Of a stretch of 64,000 nt of DNA, positions 38,872 through 48,826 are shown one piece after another. The number at the start of each line of letters is the position of its first letter. The first letter of the stretch is position 1. Source of the DNA: an uncultured Verrucomicrobia subdivision 3 bacterium (lineage in GTDB: Bacteria; Verrucomicrobiota; Verrucomicrobiia; Limisphaerales; UBA11358). The stretch spans positions 28 through 64,027 of the forward strand of contig CAIQEI010000111.1 in the NCBI GenBank assembly GCA_903870815.1, given 5' to 3'. The notes beneath the pieces are model-generated. The model was not told the origin of the DNA. It ran no database searches and was given only the letters and a program-made list of their open reading frames with translations. Made by a program: the position numbers and the translations under genes.

Positions 38872-41800
38872 ATGAACGATAGAAACCGTCGGGTGTTTGT
38901 TGACCCAGTAATTCATCCATTAATGGACTCATTCATGATCTGTGCTTGTAATCTTCCGCCTGGACGCCACATTCGAATCGTTCGAACCATCGTTGCTTCA
39001 GCAATTTTGTGGATGGGCTTGACGGCGGCATTCGCGTTTACGCCTTACACTACGAACCAGTTGGTGTTCGTTAACGTGGATCATGCGCCGGTGGGGGCGC
39101 TCTCGACATTTGCCTATGGTTATAAGGGTGCGAACTGTGGTCTGGGCATGTCCAGCGCGGCCATTCCCTATAGCGCCGGCGGGGGCGGCGTGATTGTGGC
39201 CTTGTCCGGAAATTCGGGTTTGCAGGCACTGCCGTTTGTCGCGTCCCCCGCGAGCATCGGCTCCAGTGCCACTTTCTTTGCCGACGCCAATGTCCAGCGG
39301 AATCTGACCCCCTGCACCGACCAGTGGAATGTGCCCGCCGCCGGCTTGTCCTTTACGCATTTCACTCCGGCTTGGTCTATGCCGGACATCAATACGGCGA
39401 GCCAGACCGAAAAAAAACGGTTCTTCCTGCCGGCGACCTGGATGACTTTCATCGTCACCAACAATACCGGCGCTGCCGAGGATTTTTATTTCGGTCTGCC
39501 GGCGGCGGCGACGCCGACAAGCTTCGCCAATGGTGCCTATCAGGGTTTTGCCCTCGGCGAGGCGGCCTTGGCTGTGCCGGCCGGCAGTTGCGATTTGTTG
39601 ACTGGCAGCAGCCTGACGGCGGTGTTGAACGGGGTCACCAGCGGTTTCGCCTTTCACCTCGGCGTGCCGGCGGGTCAGACCAGGTCGCTCACCGTCGTGG
39701 TCGCCTACTATCGCAGCACCGCCGTGGATACGCGAATTAACGCCGCCTATTATTACACGAAGCTGTTCAGTTCGAGGGATGATGTGATTGATGGCGCGTT
39801 CGCGGAATTCCCCGATGCCCGGGCTCGCTGTTTGCAATTGGCTAATGCTCTGCAAAATGCCGGCCTCAACCCCTACCGCCAGTTTCTTGCCAGCGACGCG
39901 CTGCACAGTTACCAGTGTAACGTCGCGTGCCTGGTGGACCCCGGCAACGGCGTCTATTGGCGGGAAGTCGAAGGCGCTTACGGGAACATAAACACCTGTG
40001 ACCTGATGGTGGATCACGCTTTCTATGAAGTGATGATGCATCCGTGGGCGTTGCGCAACGTGCTGGATGCGTTTTCCGGCGCGTCGAATGCCGGCATTGG
40101 GTACACGTTCACCCATCCGCTTTACAATGAGACCACGGGCAGCCAGGTGTCCGCCAACGGCTTTTCCTTCCAGCACGAGATGGGTGGCAATACCAGCAAC
40201 GGCCAGGTTTCCAACGATCCCACCACTGACCCGACCGAATACGAAACCGTGTTTTCCTACATGGGGCAGGAGGAACTGGACAATTGGATCACCTGCGCCG
40301 GACTTTATTGGACGCATACGGGCGATAACGCCTGGCTCACCAACAATGCCGCCTTGCTGCGGTCGTGCCTGAATTCCCAACTGTTGCGGGACGACACCAA
40401 TTCTGCGGCTCGCGATGGCGTCACGACGTATGTCAACTACTCGACTCAATCCGGTAAATACGAGATAACCACCTACGATTCGCTGGATCCCTCGCTCCAG
40501 GATCCCCGTGGCGGCGCCTACACCGCCATGAAAAACTGGGCGGCTTACCTTGCGCTTCAGGCCATGTTCAACCAGTTGGGTGACACCGCCGATGCTTTAA
40601 TTTCCAGCAATCAGGCGGTGGTGTGTTCTCATTCGATCACGAATGGATGGAATGCCACGCTCGGTTTCGTTCCGGCGTCGTTGACCGGCGCCAACCCGTC
40701 GGCGACGCTCCCCATTCTGGAGGGGCTGGCTTTGGCGCAGTGGATGGGTTTCACCAACGCCACCGACCGGCAGGCTGGTCCTTATGCCGCCATGCTGCAG
40801 ACGCTGCGCAATCATGCGCTCGCGGTGCTGGTGCCAGGCAAATGTCTGGATGCGACCAGCGGCGGTTTGAAGATCACCAGCGCCAACGACAATACCTTTC
40901 CGAGCAAAGTGTTTATCGCCCAATACGCCGCCGAGACGGTGCTGGGTCTGACCGGCAACTCGGTGGATGGAACCGTGGACCAGGTGAATGCCACTTTCCA
41001 AATGCAGCAAGCCCCCTGGCAGGGGTTGTCAGATCAGATCAACACCCCCGGCGGCACCACGCCCGCGAACTCGAGCCTGCATTATCCCCGCGGCATCACC
41101 AGTGCGCTCTGGTGGTTGACGCCCACCAACAACCCGGCCTATCCGCTTCCGGCTTCCGCGCCATCATCTCCCACCGGCCTGACCGCTCTTGCTGGCAACG
41201 GCCAGGTGGTGTTGGTCTGGAATGCCTCGGCGCAAGCCGCGGGCTATAATGTCAAGCGCGGAACGTCCAGCGGCGGGCCCTACTTTCCGGTGGCGGCCTC
41301 TGTCAACGGGGTCAGTTACACCGACCTAGGCGGCGCCAACGGCGCCACTTATTATTATGTTGTTACCGCCACCAACCAGATTGGCGAAAGTTTGCCTTCC
41401 GCTGAAGCCAGCGTGACTCTGGTTCCGGTTTTGGAGCAGTTGAATATCCAAAATAATTCCTTCGAGGCCCAGAGTGTGAACGCCGGCACCTATGTGGTTG
41501 AGAATCCGACTGGCTGGAGTGTATCCGGGCCGTCGCTTGGGGTGGTGGCGCTCGTGCATCCCAATGCGACCGATGGCCGGGGCTTTGGCAGCATTCCCGT
41601 TTCCAGCCTGAATGGCAGCAATTATTGTCAGATTTACAGCACCGGCAATAACGACAGCGGTATCGTCTATCAGGACACGGGATTCAAGTATCGGGCGGGC
41701 ATGACCTACACGTTGACGGCGGCTTTCGGCCGGGAAAACAACCCATTCCCCGGGGGCTCGCTGGTTTTTTATAACTCTGCGCTCGTCGCCATCGCCTCCA

Positions 41801-43692
41801 ACCAAATCAGCTCCGCCAATCTCACTTTGGGTTCGTTCAAGGATTTCAGTGTCACCTATAGTGGTACTGGCAGCGAGGGTGGCAACGGCGATATCGTCGT
41901 CGGTTTCAACCTCGTAGGCGCCGCCTCGGGCAGCGCTTTTGACTTCGACAACGTGCGCCTGGTCTCCCCGCCCGTCATTACGGGCCAGCCGGTTTCCCAA
42001 ACGATCGCGGCCGGTGGCAGCGTTTCGTTCAGAATCGGGGCATCGGGAACGGCGTCGTTGAGCTGCCGCTGGCAGGCCGGTCCGCTGGGTGGACCCTATA
42101 CCAACTTGCTCAATGGCGGCCAGATTTCAGGAGCCAATTCCAATGTCCTTACTCTTACCGGCGTGAACACCAATTGGGCGCTGGCTTATCAGGTGATCGT
42201 GACCAACAGTTATGGCTCCGTCACCAGCACGCCGCCCGCGACCTTGACTGTATTGGACCTCCCGATCATCACCGTTTCGCCTGCCTCCCAAGTTGTCGTC
42301 GCCGGCAGCTCGGTTTCATTTGGGGTCAACGCTTCGGGAACCGGACCGTTCGGCTATCAGTGGCAGGCTAATGGCGGGACAGGTTTCACCAATTTATTGA
42401 ACGGCGGCTTGGTCTCGGGTGCGAACAGCAACGTCCTGTCTATTGCCAGCGTGACGACCAACTGGGCTTTGGCCTACCAGGTGATCGTCACCAACTACTT
42501 CGGAGTTGTCACCAGCAGTCCGGCGGCGATGCTGACGGTAACGACGGTCAGCCAGACAATCAACCTGCTGATTGATGTCAACTTTGTCACCTCCGGTGCC
42601 ACCACGCAAACGGGGGCGGCGGTGCTCGGTTTCTCGAATGATGTTTGGAACGCTCTCAGTGCCTCGACCAGTAGCATCACCAACAGCGCCGGCAGCCTTC
42701 TGGGCGGAGTCGGATTGACTTTGAGCAACCAGGGGGTTTTTAAAAACTCCGGTGGTACCGCCATGGATGCCGCCACCACGCCCTTGATGCAGGATTATGC
42801 CTATGGCACCACCGCCCCGGCCTCGGTCACCGTGAGTCTCACCGGGCTGGTGCCCTACACGAACTGTGCTTTTACCCTCGTGGTCTATGGTGCGGGGGAC
42901 ACGAGTGGGCAGGGGACTGCGCTCCGGCTCACCGGCGGCGCCACGGGCGGGAATACGGCCGGCAACCTGACCACCAGCGCCGCCTCGCGGCAGATTTCAG
43001 CGGGGATTGGCATCGCCTACCAGACCTTCACGGGCACTCTGACCAATGGCACCCTGACCTTTGTCGCCACCAACAACGGGTCAATCTACACCATCGTGAA
43101 CGGGTTCCAGCTTCAGTTTGTACCACCGCCGACGGTCAGCAGCAATGCCTGGCTGACGTCGCTGGCTTTGAGCCCGGCTGGCATCCCGTCCCCGGCCTTT
43201 GCCTCCAACACGTTCGTGTATTTTGACACGACCACTTACGGAGCCACGCCTGTCGTGACGGTCACCAACGCCGACCTGACCGCGACCAACCAGTTGATTT
43301 TCAACGGCACGACCAATTTGCTCGTATCGGGTGTGGCGAGCGCTGCCCTGGCCCTGAACCCGAATTTAGGAGTGACGAACGTCGTTCAGGTGCAGGTGAC
43401 GGCGCAGAACGGTGTGACGATGCAGACCTACACGGTGAACTTGACCCAATTGCCGAATCAGGCAACCCAGCCTGTTTTGATGAACAGCATGAGCAATGGG
43501 ATGTTAAATTTGAGTTGGGGACTGGATCGGCTGGGCTACCGGTTGATAATGCAAGCTAACAATCTAAACCTGGGCGTTAGCAGCAACCCGAACGATTGGG
43601 CGACTGTGTCCGGTTCGACCGTGATCAACGCGTTGGCCATTCCCATCGTCACGACCAACTTGGATAAGTATTACCGGCTGATTTATCCGTGA
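38872..43692 (+). CDS. Giant secreted multidomain protein 2 (1606 aa). Order: signal peptide, GH52-like domain, FN3, DUF642-like CBM, 2 Ig-like, X module, cadherin-like beta-sandwich, C-terminal domain
   Basis: GH52-like blocks recalled from Geobacillus XynB2: NVDHAPVGALSTFAYG, EGAYGNINTCDLMVDHAFYEVMMHPWALRNVLDAF, GFSFQHEMG, EITTYDSLDPSL, HYPRGITSALWWL. FN3 VLVWNASAQAAGYNVKR. The start may be ATG 38935 (MICAC..), which gives a normal-length signal peptide. Confidence 0.85.
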   Translation: MNDRNRRVFVDPVIHPLMDSFMICACNLPPGRHIRIVRTIVASAILWMGLTAAFAFTPYTTNQLVFVNVDHAPVGALSTFAYGYKGANCGLGMSSAAIPYSAGGGGVIVALSGNSGLQALPFVASPASIGSSATFFADANVQRNLTPCTDQWNVPAAGLSFTHFTPAWSMPDINTASQTEKKRFFLPATWMTFIVTNNTGAAEDFYFGLPAAATPTSFANGAYQGFALGEAALAVPAGSCDLLTGSSLTAVLNGVTSGFAFHLGVPAGQTRSLTVVVAYYRSTAVDTRINAAYYYTKLFSSRDDVIDGAFAEFPDARARCLQLANALQNAGLNPYRQFLASDALHSYQCNVACLVDPGNGVYWREVEGAYGNINTCDLMVDHAFYEVMMHPWALRNVLDAFSGASNAGIGYTFTHPLYNETTGSQVSANGFSFQHEMGGNTSNGQVSNDPTTDPTEYETVFSYMGQEELDNWITCAGLYWTHTGDNAWLTNNAALLRSCLNSQLLRDDTNSAARDGVTTYVNYSTQSGKYEITTYDSLDPSLQDPRGGAYTAMKNWAAYLALQAMFNQLGDTADALISSNQAVVCSHSITNGWNATLGFVPASLTGANPSATLPILEGLALAQWMGFTNATDRQAGPYAAMLQTLRNHALAVLVPGKCLDATSGGLKITSANDNTFPSKVFIAQYAAETVLGLTGNSVDGTVDQVNATFQMQQAPWQGLSDQINTPGGTTPANSSLHYPRGITSALWWLTPTNNPAYPLPASAPSSPTGLTALAGNGQVVLVWNASAQAAGYNVKRGTSSGGPYFPVAASVNGVSYTDLGGANGATYYYVVTATNQIGESLPSAEASVTLVPVLEQLNIQNNSFEAQSVNAGTYVVENPTGWSVSGPSLGVVALVHPNATDGRGFGSIPVSSLNGSNYCQIYSTGNNDSGIVYQDTGFKYRAGMTYTLTAAFGRENNPFPGGSLVFYNSALVAIASNQISSANLTLGSFKDFSVTYSGTGSEGGNGDIVVGFNLVGAASGSAFDFDNVRLVSPPVITGQPVSQTIAAGGSVSFRIGASGTASLSCRWQAGPLGGPYTNLLNGGQISGANSNVLTLTGVNTNWALAYQVIVTNSYGSVTSTPPATLTVLDLPIITVSPASQVVVAGSSVSFGVNASGTGPFGYQWQANGGTGFTNLLNGGLVSGANSNVLSIASVTTNWALAYQVIVTNYFGVVTSSPAAMLTVTTVSQTINLLIDVNFVTSGATTQTGAAVLGFSNDVWNALSASTSSITNSAGSLLGGVGLTLSNQGVFKNSGGTAMDAATTPLMQDYAYGTTAPASVTVSLTGLVPYTNCAFTLVVYGAGDTSGQGTALRLTGGATGGNTAGNLTTSAASRQISAGIGIAYQTFTGTLTNGTLTFVATNNGSIYTIVNGFQLQFVPPPTVSSNAWLTSLALSPAGIPSPAFASNTFVYFDTTTYGATPVVTVTNADLTATNQLIFNGTTNLLVSGVASAALALNPNLGVTNVVQVQVTAQNGVTMQTYTVNLTQLPNQATQPVLMNSMSNGMLNLSWGLDRLGYRLIMQANNLNLGVSSNPNDWATVSGSTVINALAIPIVTTNLDKYYRLIYP
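43135..43692 (+). repeat. Copy 2 of the shared 3' module
   Basis: The stretch beginning aatgcctggctgacgtcgctgg differs from copy 3 at 6 of 84 positions counted by eye. Confidence 0.85.
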
Positions 43693-43769
43693 TCGGATGA
43701 GCAATAAACTTTTATATATTATCGACGACCTTGTTTTTTTGAGTGTTTTAACGTAACTTTAATCATCAT

Positions 43770-46700
43770 ATGCCCGCCATTGTCTCCTTTAAAATTCTGT
43801 ATCAGTCGGCTCTCGCAATTGTAATCGGCAGCATGTTGGCCTCGCCTGTCCTGGCCGCAAACTTGATCTCCAACGGCACGTTTGAGACTCCCAATGTCGG
43901 CGCCGGCAATTACCCGCAATACGCCTCTGGCAGTACCGCCATAACGGGCTGGACGGTGGATTCCACGCCTGCGGACGGGGTTTCGCTCATGGCGAGCGGG
44001 GTCATTACCGTCAACGATGGCACCCAGATCCTGCAACTGACGGGTGGCGCTGGTAATGTCTATTCCGCTGGGGGTGGTATCCATCAAACCATCACCACCA
44101 CGTCGAACCAGGTCTACAACCTCAGCATTGATGTCGCCTCGCGCCAAAACAATTCCGTCACCGGCAAGTTCAGTTTCGGTGGGCAAAACCATGCCCTCAC
44201 CGTCAGCAGCGCCACCTTTACTACCCTGACGTGGACGGTCACGGCGACGAATACCAATCCGGTGATTGATATCACCGGCAGTTCTTCCTCGAGCAGCGCC
44301 CAATTGATCATTGATAATGTGAGCGTGACGGTGCCGGCGGGGCCGGTGAATGCCGGAACTTCAACCGTTGCGGTGGCCCCAAACTCAATCCCGGCAGACG
44401 GTTCGACCACTTCCACTATCACGGTCAGCTTACAGGATGCCGGCGGCAATCCGGTCCCCGGCAAGACCGTCACCCTGGCTTCCAGCCGGGGAGCCGCCGA
44501 TACAATATCGGCGTCGTCGGGAGCTTCCAGTGCCTCGGGGACGGTGACCTTTACTGTGCGATCCTCCACGACCGGTACGGCGGTTTTTAGTGCCACCGAT
44601 GCAACCGACAGTCTTCCCTTAACTCAAACCGCCGCCGTGTTCGTGTATGCCGTCGGTTCAAAAGGTCCGCAGGCATCGCCCGTCCCCATCGTGTTCGACC
44701 AGACCGCCACGAACGACAACTTGATCGTCCTGATGGCCGCCGCCTCCGAATACAGTTCCAATCTAACCTTGTATCAAGACGGGCCCTCGGCGTATCCAAA
44801 ACATTTCTGGATCAATAATTGGAGCAATGGCACCAATGACTACTTCAAGTGGAACGTGGCGCTGGCCACTGGCGCGGTTTATCACGTGTATGCCAAGCTC
44901 AGCGCCGGGGCGACCGTGCCGGTCCAGTTGAGCATCACAGGCACCAACACGGTGCTGAATTTCACGACGCGCCCCATCGGTTGGGACAAGCTGGATTGCG
45001 GCACCATCAGCCTTCCGGCCGGCACGAAACAGTTGGTGCTGCGGAAAAACACCACCGATACTACGCAGGTCATTTCCATCAAATCCCTGGAACTGATCCG
45101 GCAATCCGACCTGCCGGCCTATCAGCAGCGCGTGGCCAGTTTCCGGGCCGATACGACTTGGATGAGCCAGGCCAAGTATGGCTTGATGACCCAGTTCGGT
45201 CCGTGGGGCTATCCCCCCACCGGACCGCAACCGTCCTTGCAGAACATGGCCAATGGCTTCAGTGTGAGCAATTTTGTCAATCTGGTCACGAACACCGGTT
45301 GCAAATACGTCATCTTTTCGCTGACGTGGTGGAACTATCAGATGCTGGCCCCCATTCAAGCCGTGACCAACATTGTTCCGGGCAACCCCAACCTCACCTC
45401 GACGCGGGACGTGATCGGGGAACTTTCCACTGCTCTGCATGTCGCCGGTGTCCGGTTCACACTGTATTATCATTGTGGCTCGGATAGTCAGAGTCCCGGT
45501 GGCTATGGCAGCACGCCTTGGTGGCAGGCGCAACAGTTTCCCGAGCCGGGCTATACGGAGCGGGGAGTCGCAGATCGGAGCATCTTCTTCACCAATTGGT
45601 TCAATGTGATCTCCGATATCGGGAACCGTTACGGTACCAATCTGGACGGCTGGTTCATTGACGATGGTCTCGTGTATTACCCGGCGCCTTTCGAGCATTT
45701 GGGCCAGGCCGCCCGGGCGGGGAACCCCAACCGGCTGCTGTGCTATAATTCCTGGATTGCCACCGAATATACCGATTTTCAGGATGTGTTTATGGGCGAA
45801 AATTCGCAGGGTCAGAGCCAGTTTGGTAGCGCTCCCAACGGCGGTAATGGGGTTTTTACTGATGGGCCGCAGGTCGGGTTGTTGCAGCACGGGATGTTCA
45901 CGATGGAACAGGATTGGGGGATACACCAGGCGAACCAGCCGATCACCACCCAGATTACCGCCAGTCAGGCCATCGGGTGGGTGCAAAGCGCTAGCGCGCT
46001 CGGCGTGCCGCTTTCGTTTAACATGATGCTGTGGTCAGACATGACCTACTCGACTAATTCCTTGAACGTGTTGTTGAACCTGAAAAGCGCCATCTATGGC
46101 GGCAGTAGTGCCAGTTTATCAACTAATAATCTGGTGGTGAATGGCACCTTTGAATCCCCGACCGTTGCCTCCGGCGCCACCTTGCTTTCAGCCGGCAGCA
46201 CCGCCTTGACCGGTTGGACGGTGGATACCACGCCTTCGGACGGGATCCAGTTTGGCGCCGCGGGTACCTTCGGCCCCAACAACGGCTCTCAGAACGTGCA
46301 ACTCTCGGGTGGCAGCACCTATGCAGTGGGGGGCGGAATTTCGCAGACGATTGCCACGATCCCGGGCGCAACCTACACCATCATCATTGACGTCGCTTCC
46401 CGCCAGGGTAATGCCATCGCCGGTAATTTCAGTTTTGGCGTCAGTAACTACGTCCTCAACGCCAGTAGTGCGTTTTTCACGACCCTGACCTGGAAAGTCG
46501 TCGCCACTGGATCCAATACGCTCATCAATATCACGGGCTGTACCAACTCGGTCGGCAGTCAACTGCTGATTGATAACGTGAGTGTGACGCTGTTTTCAGA
46601 TCCAAACTTTAAGACCCAGCCCGGATCGCAAACGACCACCATTGGCGGCACGGCATCGTTCAGTGTGACTGCTGGGGGGACCGCCCCCTTCAGTTATCAA

Positions 46701-48167
46701 TGGCAGGCGACGAACAGCGCCAGCGGCGGCTTCACCAACCTGATGAACGGCGGCAATATTTCAGGCGTGACCAGCAACGTCCTGACCATCGCTTATGTGG
46801 CGGCTAATTCGCCGCTGGCCTATCAGGTGATTGTGACCAACAGTGTCGGTGCCATCACCAGCAGCGTGGCCGCTCTGATAATTCTGCCCTCCAGTTTCCT
46901 AGTGAATGTTCAGTATCTCGGCAGCCCCAACAACCCGGACAACCCAACCAATGCTTTTAGCGGGACCAGCGGGACTTGGGTCGGCCCGGGCACCGCGTAT
47001 TCCGGGTCGGCGGTTTTGGGTTCTCCGGGCGACACTTGGAACCAGGAACCGATTGGGTATTATAATTTTTCCGGAAATGGAGCACCGAACCCCATCATCA
47101 GCGGGGCAACTCTGGTTAATTCCGCCAACAGCGCGAGCGGCCTCACGCTCACCCTGGGTTACCAGAGCATCATTCAGGGCGCCGCCCTGGCCGGCACGGC
47201 CACGGATGCCGCCACCACCAATTTGATGCAATCCTCGATTTTCATCTACACCTGGTCCGGCGGATCCGGCGCCGGCAATGCTCAGACCACGCACACCATC
47301 GGCGGCTTGTCCGGCTATGCCGGATCCAAGGCCAGTCTGGTCGTCTATGCCGGGGCCCCCAGCGCCCGGCCCGAACAAATCGCCATCACGGGGGGGGCCT
47401 CGGGCGGAAACTCGGGCACCACCCTGACCACCAGCTCCGCTTCGCGCTCGATTAGCGCCGGGGCCGGGGTGGCCTGCCAGATCTTCACGAACCTCACCCT
47501 CACCGGCAGCAATCTGGTTTTTACCGTCAACGAGACCGGTTCGGCGGTGGGTGCAAATGCGGGTTATGTGAATGGTTTTCAACTGCAGGTGAGCGCCCCG
47601 ACCCCGCCCGCCAGCACCAATGCCTGGCTGACGTCGCTGGCCTTGAGCCCGGCTGGCATCCTGTCCCCGGCCTTTGCCTCGAACACATTCGTGTATTATG
47701 CCACAAACGCCTACGGCTCCACCCCTTCCGTGACGGTTAGCAACGCTGACCTGACCGCGACCAACCAGTTGATTTACAACGGCACGACCAATTTGCTCGC
47801 GTCGGGCGTGGCGAGTGCTGCCTTGGTCTTGAATCCGAATCCGGGTGTGACGAACGTGGTGCAGGTGCAGGTTACGGCCCAGGACGGGGTGACCGCGAAA
47901 ACCTACACCGTGAACGTGACCCAGTTGCCAAATCAATCAGCCCAGCCCAGCCTGACGAACAGCTTGAGTAACGGAATGTTGAATTTGACTTGGGGTATGG
48001 ATCGTTTGGGCTACCGGTTGTTGATGCAGACCAACAACCTGAACCTGGGCTTGAGCACCGATCAAAATGACTGGGTGACCGTAACCGGTTCGACCGTGAC
48101 AAACATGATGGCCATCCCCATCGTCACGACCAACTTGAATGAATATTACCGTCTGGTTTATCCGTGA
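43770..48167 (+). CDS. Giant secreted multidomain protein 3 (1465 aa). Order: signal peptide, DUF642-like CBM, Big_1 Ig-like, CBM-like, divergent GH29-like TIM barrel, DUF642-like CBM, Ig-like, X module, cadherin-like beta-sandwich, C-terminal domain
   Basis: Signal ..IGSMLASPVLAANL. NGTFETP..ITGWTV..IDNVSV (DUF642 pattern, present twice). Big_1-like VAPNSIPADGSTTSTITVSLQDAGGNPVPGKTVTL. GH29-like AKYGLMTQFGPWGY..GCKYVIFS..RDVIGELSTALHVAGVRFTLYYH. Confidence 0.85.
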   Translation: MPAIVSFKILYQSALAIVIGSMLASPVLAANLISNGTFETPNVGAGNYPQYASGSTAITGWTVDSTPADGVSLMASGVITVNDGTQILQLTGGAGNVYSAGGGIHQTITTTSNQVYNLSIDVASRQNNSVTGKFSFGGQNHALTVSSATFTTLTWTVTATNTNPVIDITGSSSSSSAQLIIDNVSVTVPAGPVNAGTSTVAVAPNSIPADGSTTSTITVSLQDAGGNPVPGKTVTLASSRGAADTISASSGASSASGTVTFTVRSSTTGTAVFSATDATDSLPLTQTAAVFVYAVGSKGPQASPVPIVFDQTATNDNLIVLMAAASEYSSNLTLYQDGPSAYPKHFWINNWSNGTNDYFKWNVALATGAVYHVYAKLSAGATVPVQLSITGTNTVLNFTTRPIGWDKLDCGTISLPAGTKQLVLRKNTTDTTQVISIKSLELIRQSDLPAYQQRVASFRADTTWMSQAKYGLMTQFGPWGYPPTGPQPSLQNMANGFSVSNFVNLVTNTGCKYVIFSLTWWNYQMLAPIQAVTNIVPGNPNLTSTRDVIGELSTALHVAGVRFTLYYHCGSDSQSPGGYGSTPWWQAQQFPEPGYTERGVADRSIFFTNWFNVISDIGNRYGTNLDGWFIDDGLVYYPAPFEHLGQAARAGNPNRLLCYNSWIATEYTDFQDVFMGENSQGQSQFGSAPNGGNGVFTDGPQVGLLQHGMFTMEQDWGIHQANQPITTQITASQAIGWVQSASALGVPLSFNMMLWSDMTYSTNSLNVLLNLKSAIYGGSSASLSTNNLVVNGTFESPTVASGATLLSAGSTALTGWTVDTTPSDGIQFGAAGTFGPNNGSQNVQLSGGSTYAVGGGISQTIATIPGATYTIIIDVASRQGNAIAGNFSFGVSNYVLNASSAFFTTLTWKVVATGSNTLINITGCTNSVGSQLLIDNVSVTLFSDPNFKTQPGSQTTTIGGTASFSVTAGGTAPFSYQWQATNSASGGFTNLMNGGNISGVTSNVLTIAYVAANSPLAYQVIVTNSVGAITSSVAALIILPSSFLVNVQYLGSPNNPDNPTNAFSGTSGTWVGPGTAYSGSAVLGSPGDTWNQEPIGYYNFSGNGAPNPIISGATLVNSANSASGLTLTLGYQSIIQGAALAGTATDAATTNLMQSSIFIYTWSGGSGAGNAQTTHTIGGLSGYAGSKASLVVYAGAPSARPEQIAITGGASGGNSGTTLTTSSASRSISAGAGVACQIFTNLTLTGSNLVFTVNETGSAVGANAGYVNGFQLQVSAPTPPASTNAWLTSLALSPAGILSPAFASNTFVYYATNAYGSTPSVTVSNADLTATNQLIYNGTTNLLASGVASAALVLNPNPGVTNVVQVQVTAQDGVTAKTYTVNVTQLPNQSAQPSLTNSLSNGMLNLTWGMDRLGYRLLMQTNNLNLGLSTDQNDWVTVTGSTVTNMMAIPIVTTNLNEYYRLVYP
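47611..48167 (+). repeat. Copy 3 of the shared 3' module
   Basis: Same as copies 1 and 2. All three end with the identical-length 240-nt segment encoding PNQ..YYRL(V/I)YP plus the stop. Confidence 0.85.
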
Positions 48168-48296
48168 AATACCCGGCCAACCGGTTTTTCCCGTCTTAAG
48201 GTCTATGGCGGTTTTTCCACTGTCTCATTTTCTTATGTGGGTGTCCAATATCAGGGCATTCCCGAAACTGGAATTACTTCCTTGGTTCATGCTGTT

Positions 48297-48668
48297 TTAC
48301 TGGAGTTTATGACCCGGCGTGGCCGTGCTGTAAGTGCATAGCGGATTGCTGCCGACCGTGCTGAGCGAGTAGGTACCATTGGCCGGACAAGCCGGGAGGC
48401 TGCCCGCCGAATTCATCTTGATGTAGGGGGTCAGGTCTCTGGACAGGATGATGGCGTTTCCGGTTGCTTGGCCCTTTTCCAACGCCCATTGGTTCGCCGC
48501 CGCGTCAATCTGGCGGAGGTTGTTGATGCAGGCATTGGCCTGCGCGGTGGCACGGGCTTTCACAAAGTTCGGAATCGCGATGGCCGCCAAAAGGCCGATA
48601 ATGGCCACAACAATCATGATTTCCACCAGGGTGAAACCTCCGCTTCGGAGTTTTTTGCTCTGTTTCAT
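48297..48668 (-). CDS. Prepilin-type N-terminal cleavage/methylation domain protein (T2SS pseudopilin-like), 123 aa
   Basis: GFTLVEIMIVVAIIGLLAAIAIPNF class III signal. CINNLRQIDAAANQWALEKG is typical of short PVC pseudopilin-like proteins. Confidence 0.85.
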   Translation of the reverse strand: MKQSKKLRSGGFTLVEIMIVVAIIGLLAAIAIPNFVKARATAQANACINNLRQIDAAANQWALEKGQATGNAIILSRDLTPYIKMNSAGSLPACPANGTYSLSTVGSNPLCTYSTATPGHKLQ

Positions 48669-48826
48669 AATATTTGCTTTCAGTGTGCGCGGCGGAACTG
48701 CGCATCAGGCGGGTTATATAATTACTTTTGGGTTCCGTTATTGCCTGACACAACCGCTTCGCCTACAACAGTAGCAATGATAAATCCATATGCACTAAAC
48801 TATGCGTATAGCCTTGGCTAATTATG

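Noticed and set aside
48168-48296. Terminator between giant gene 3 and the convergent pseudopilin-like gene
   Set aside because: Only a 4-bp CCGG/CCGG stem followed by TTTTT (about 48174-48192) is present, which is too weak to call.
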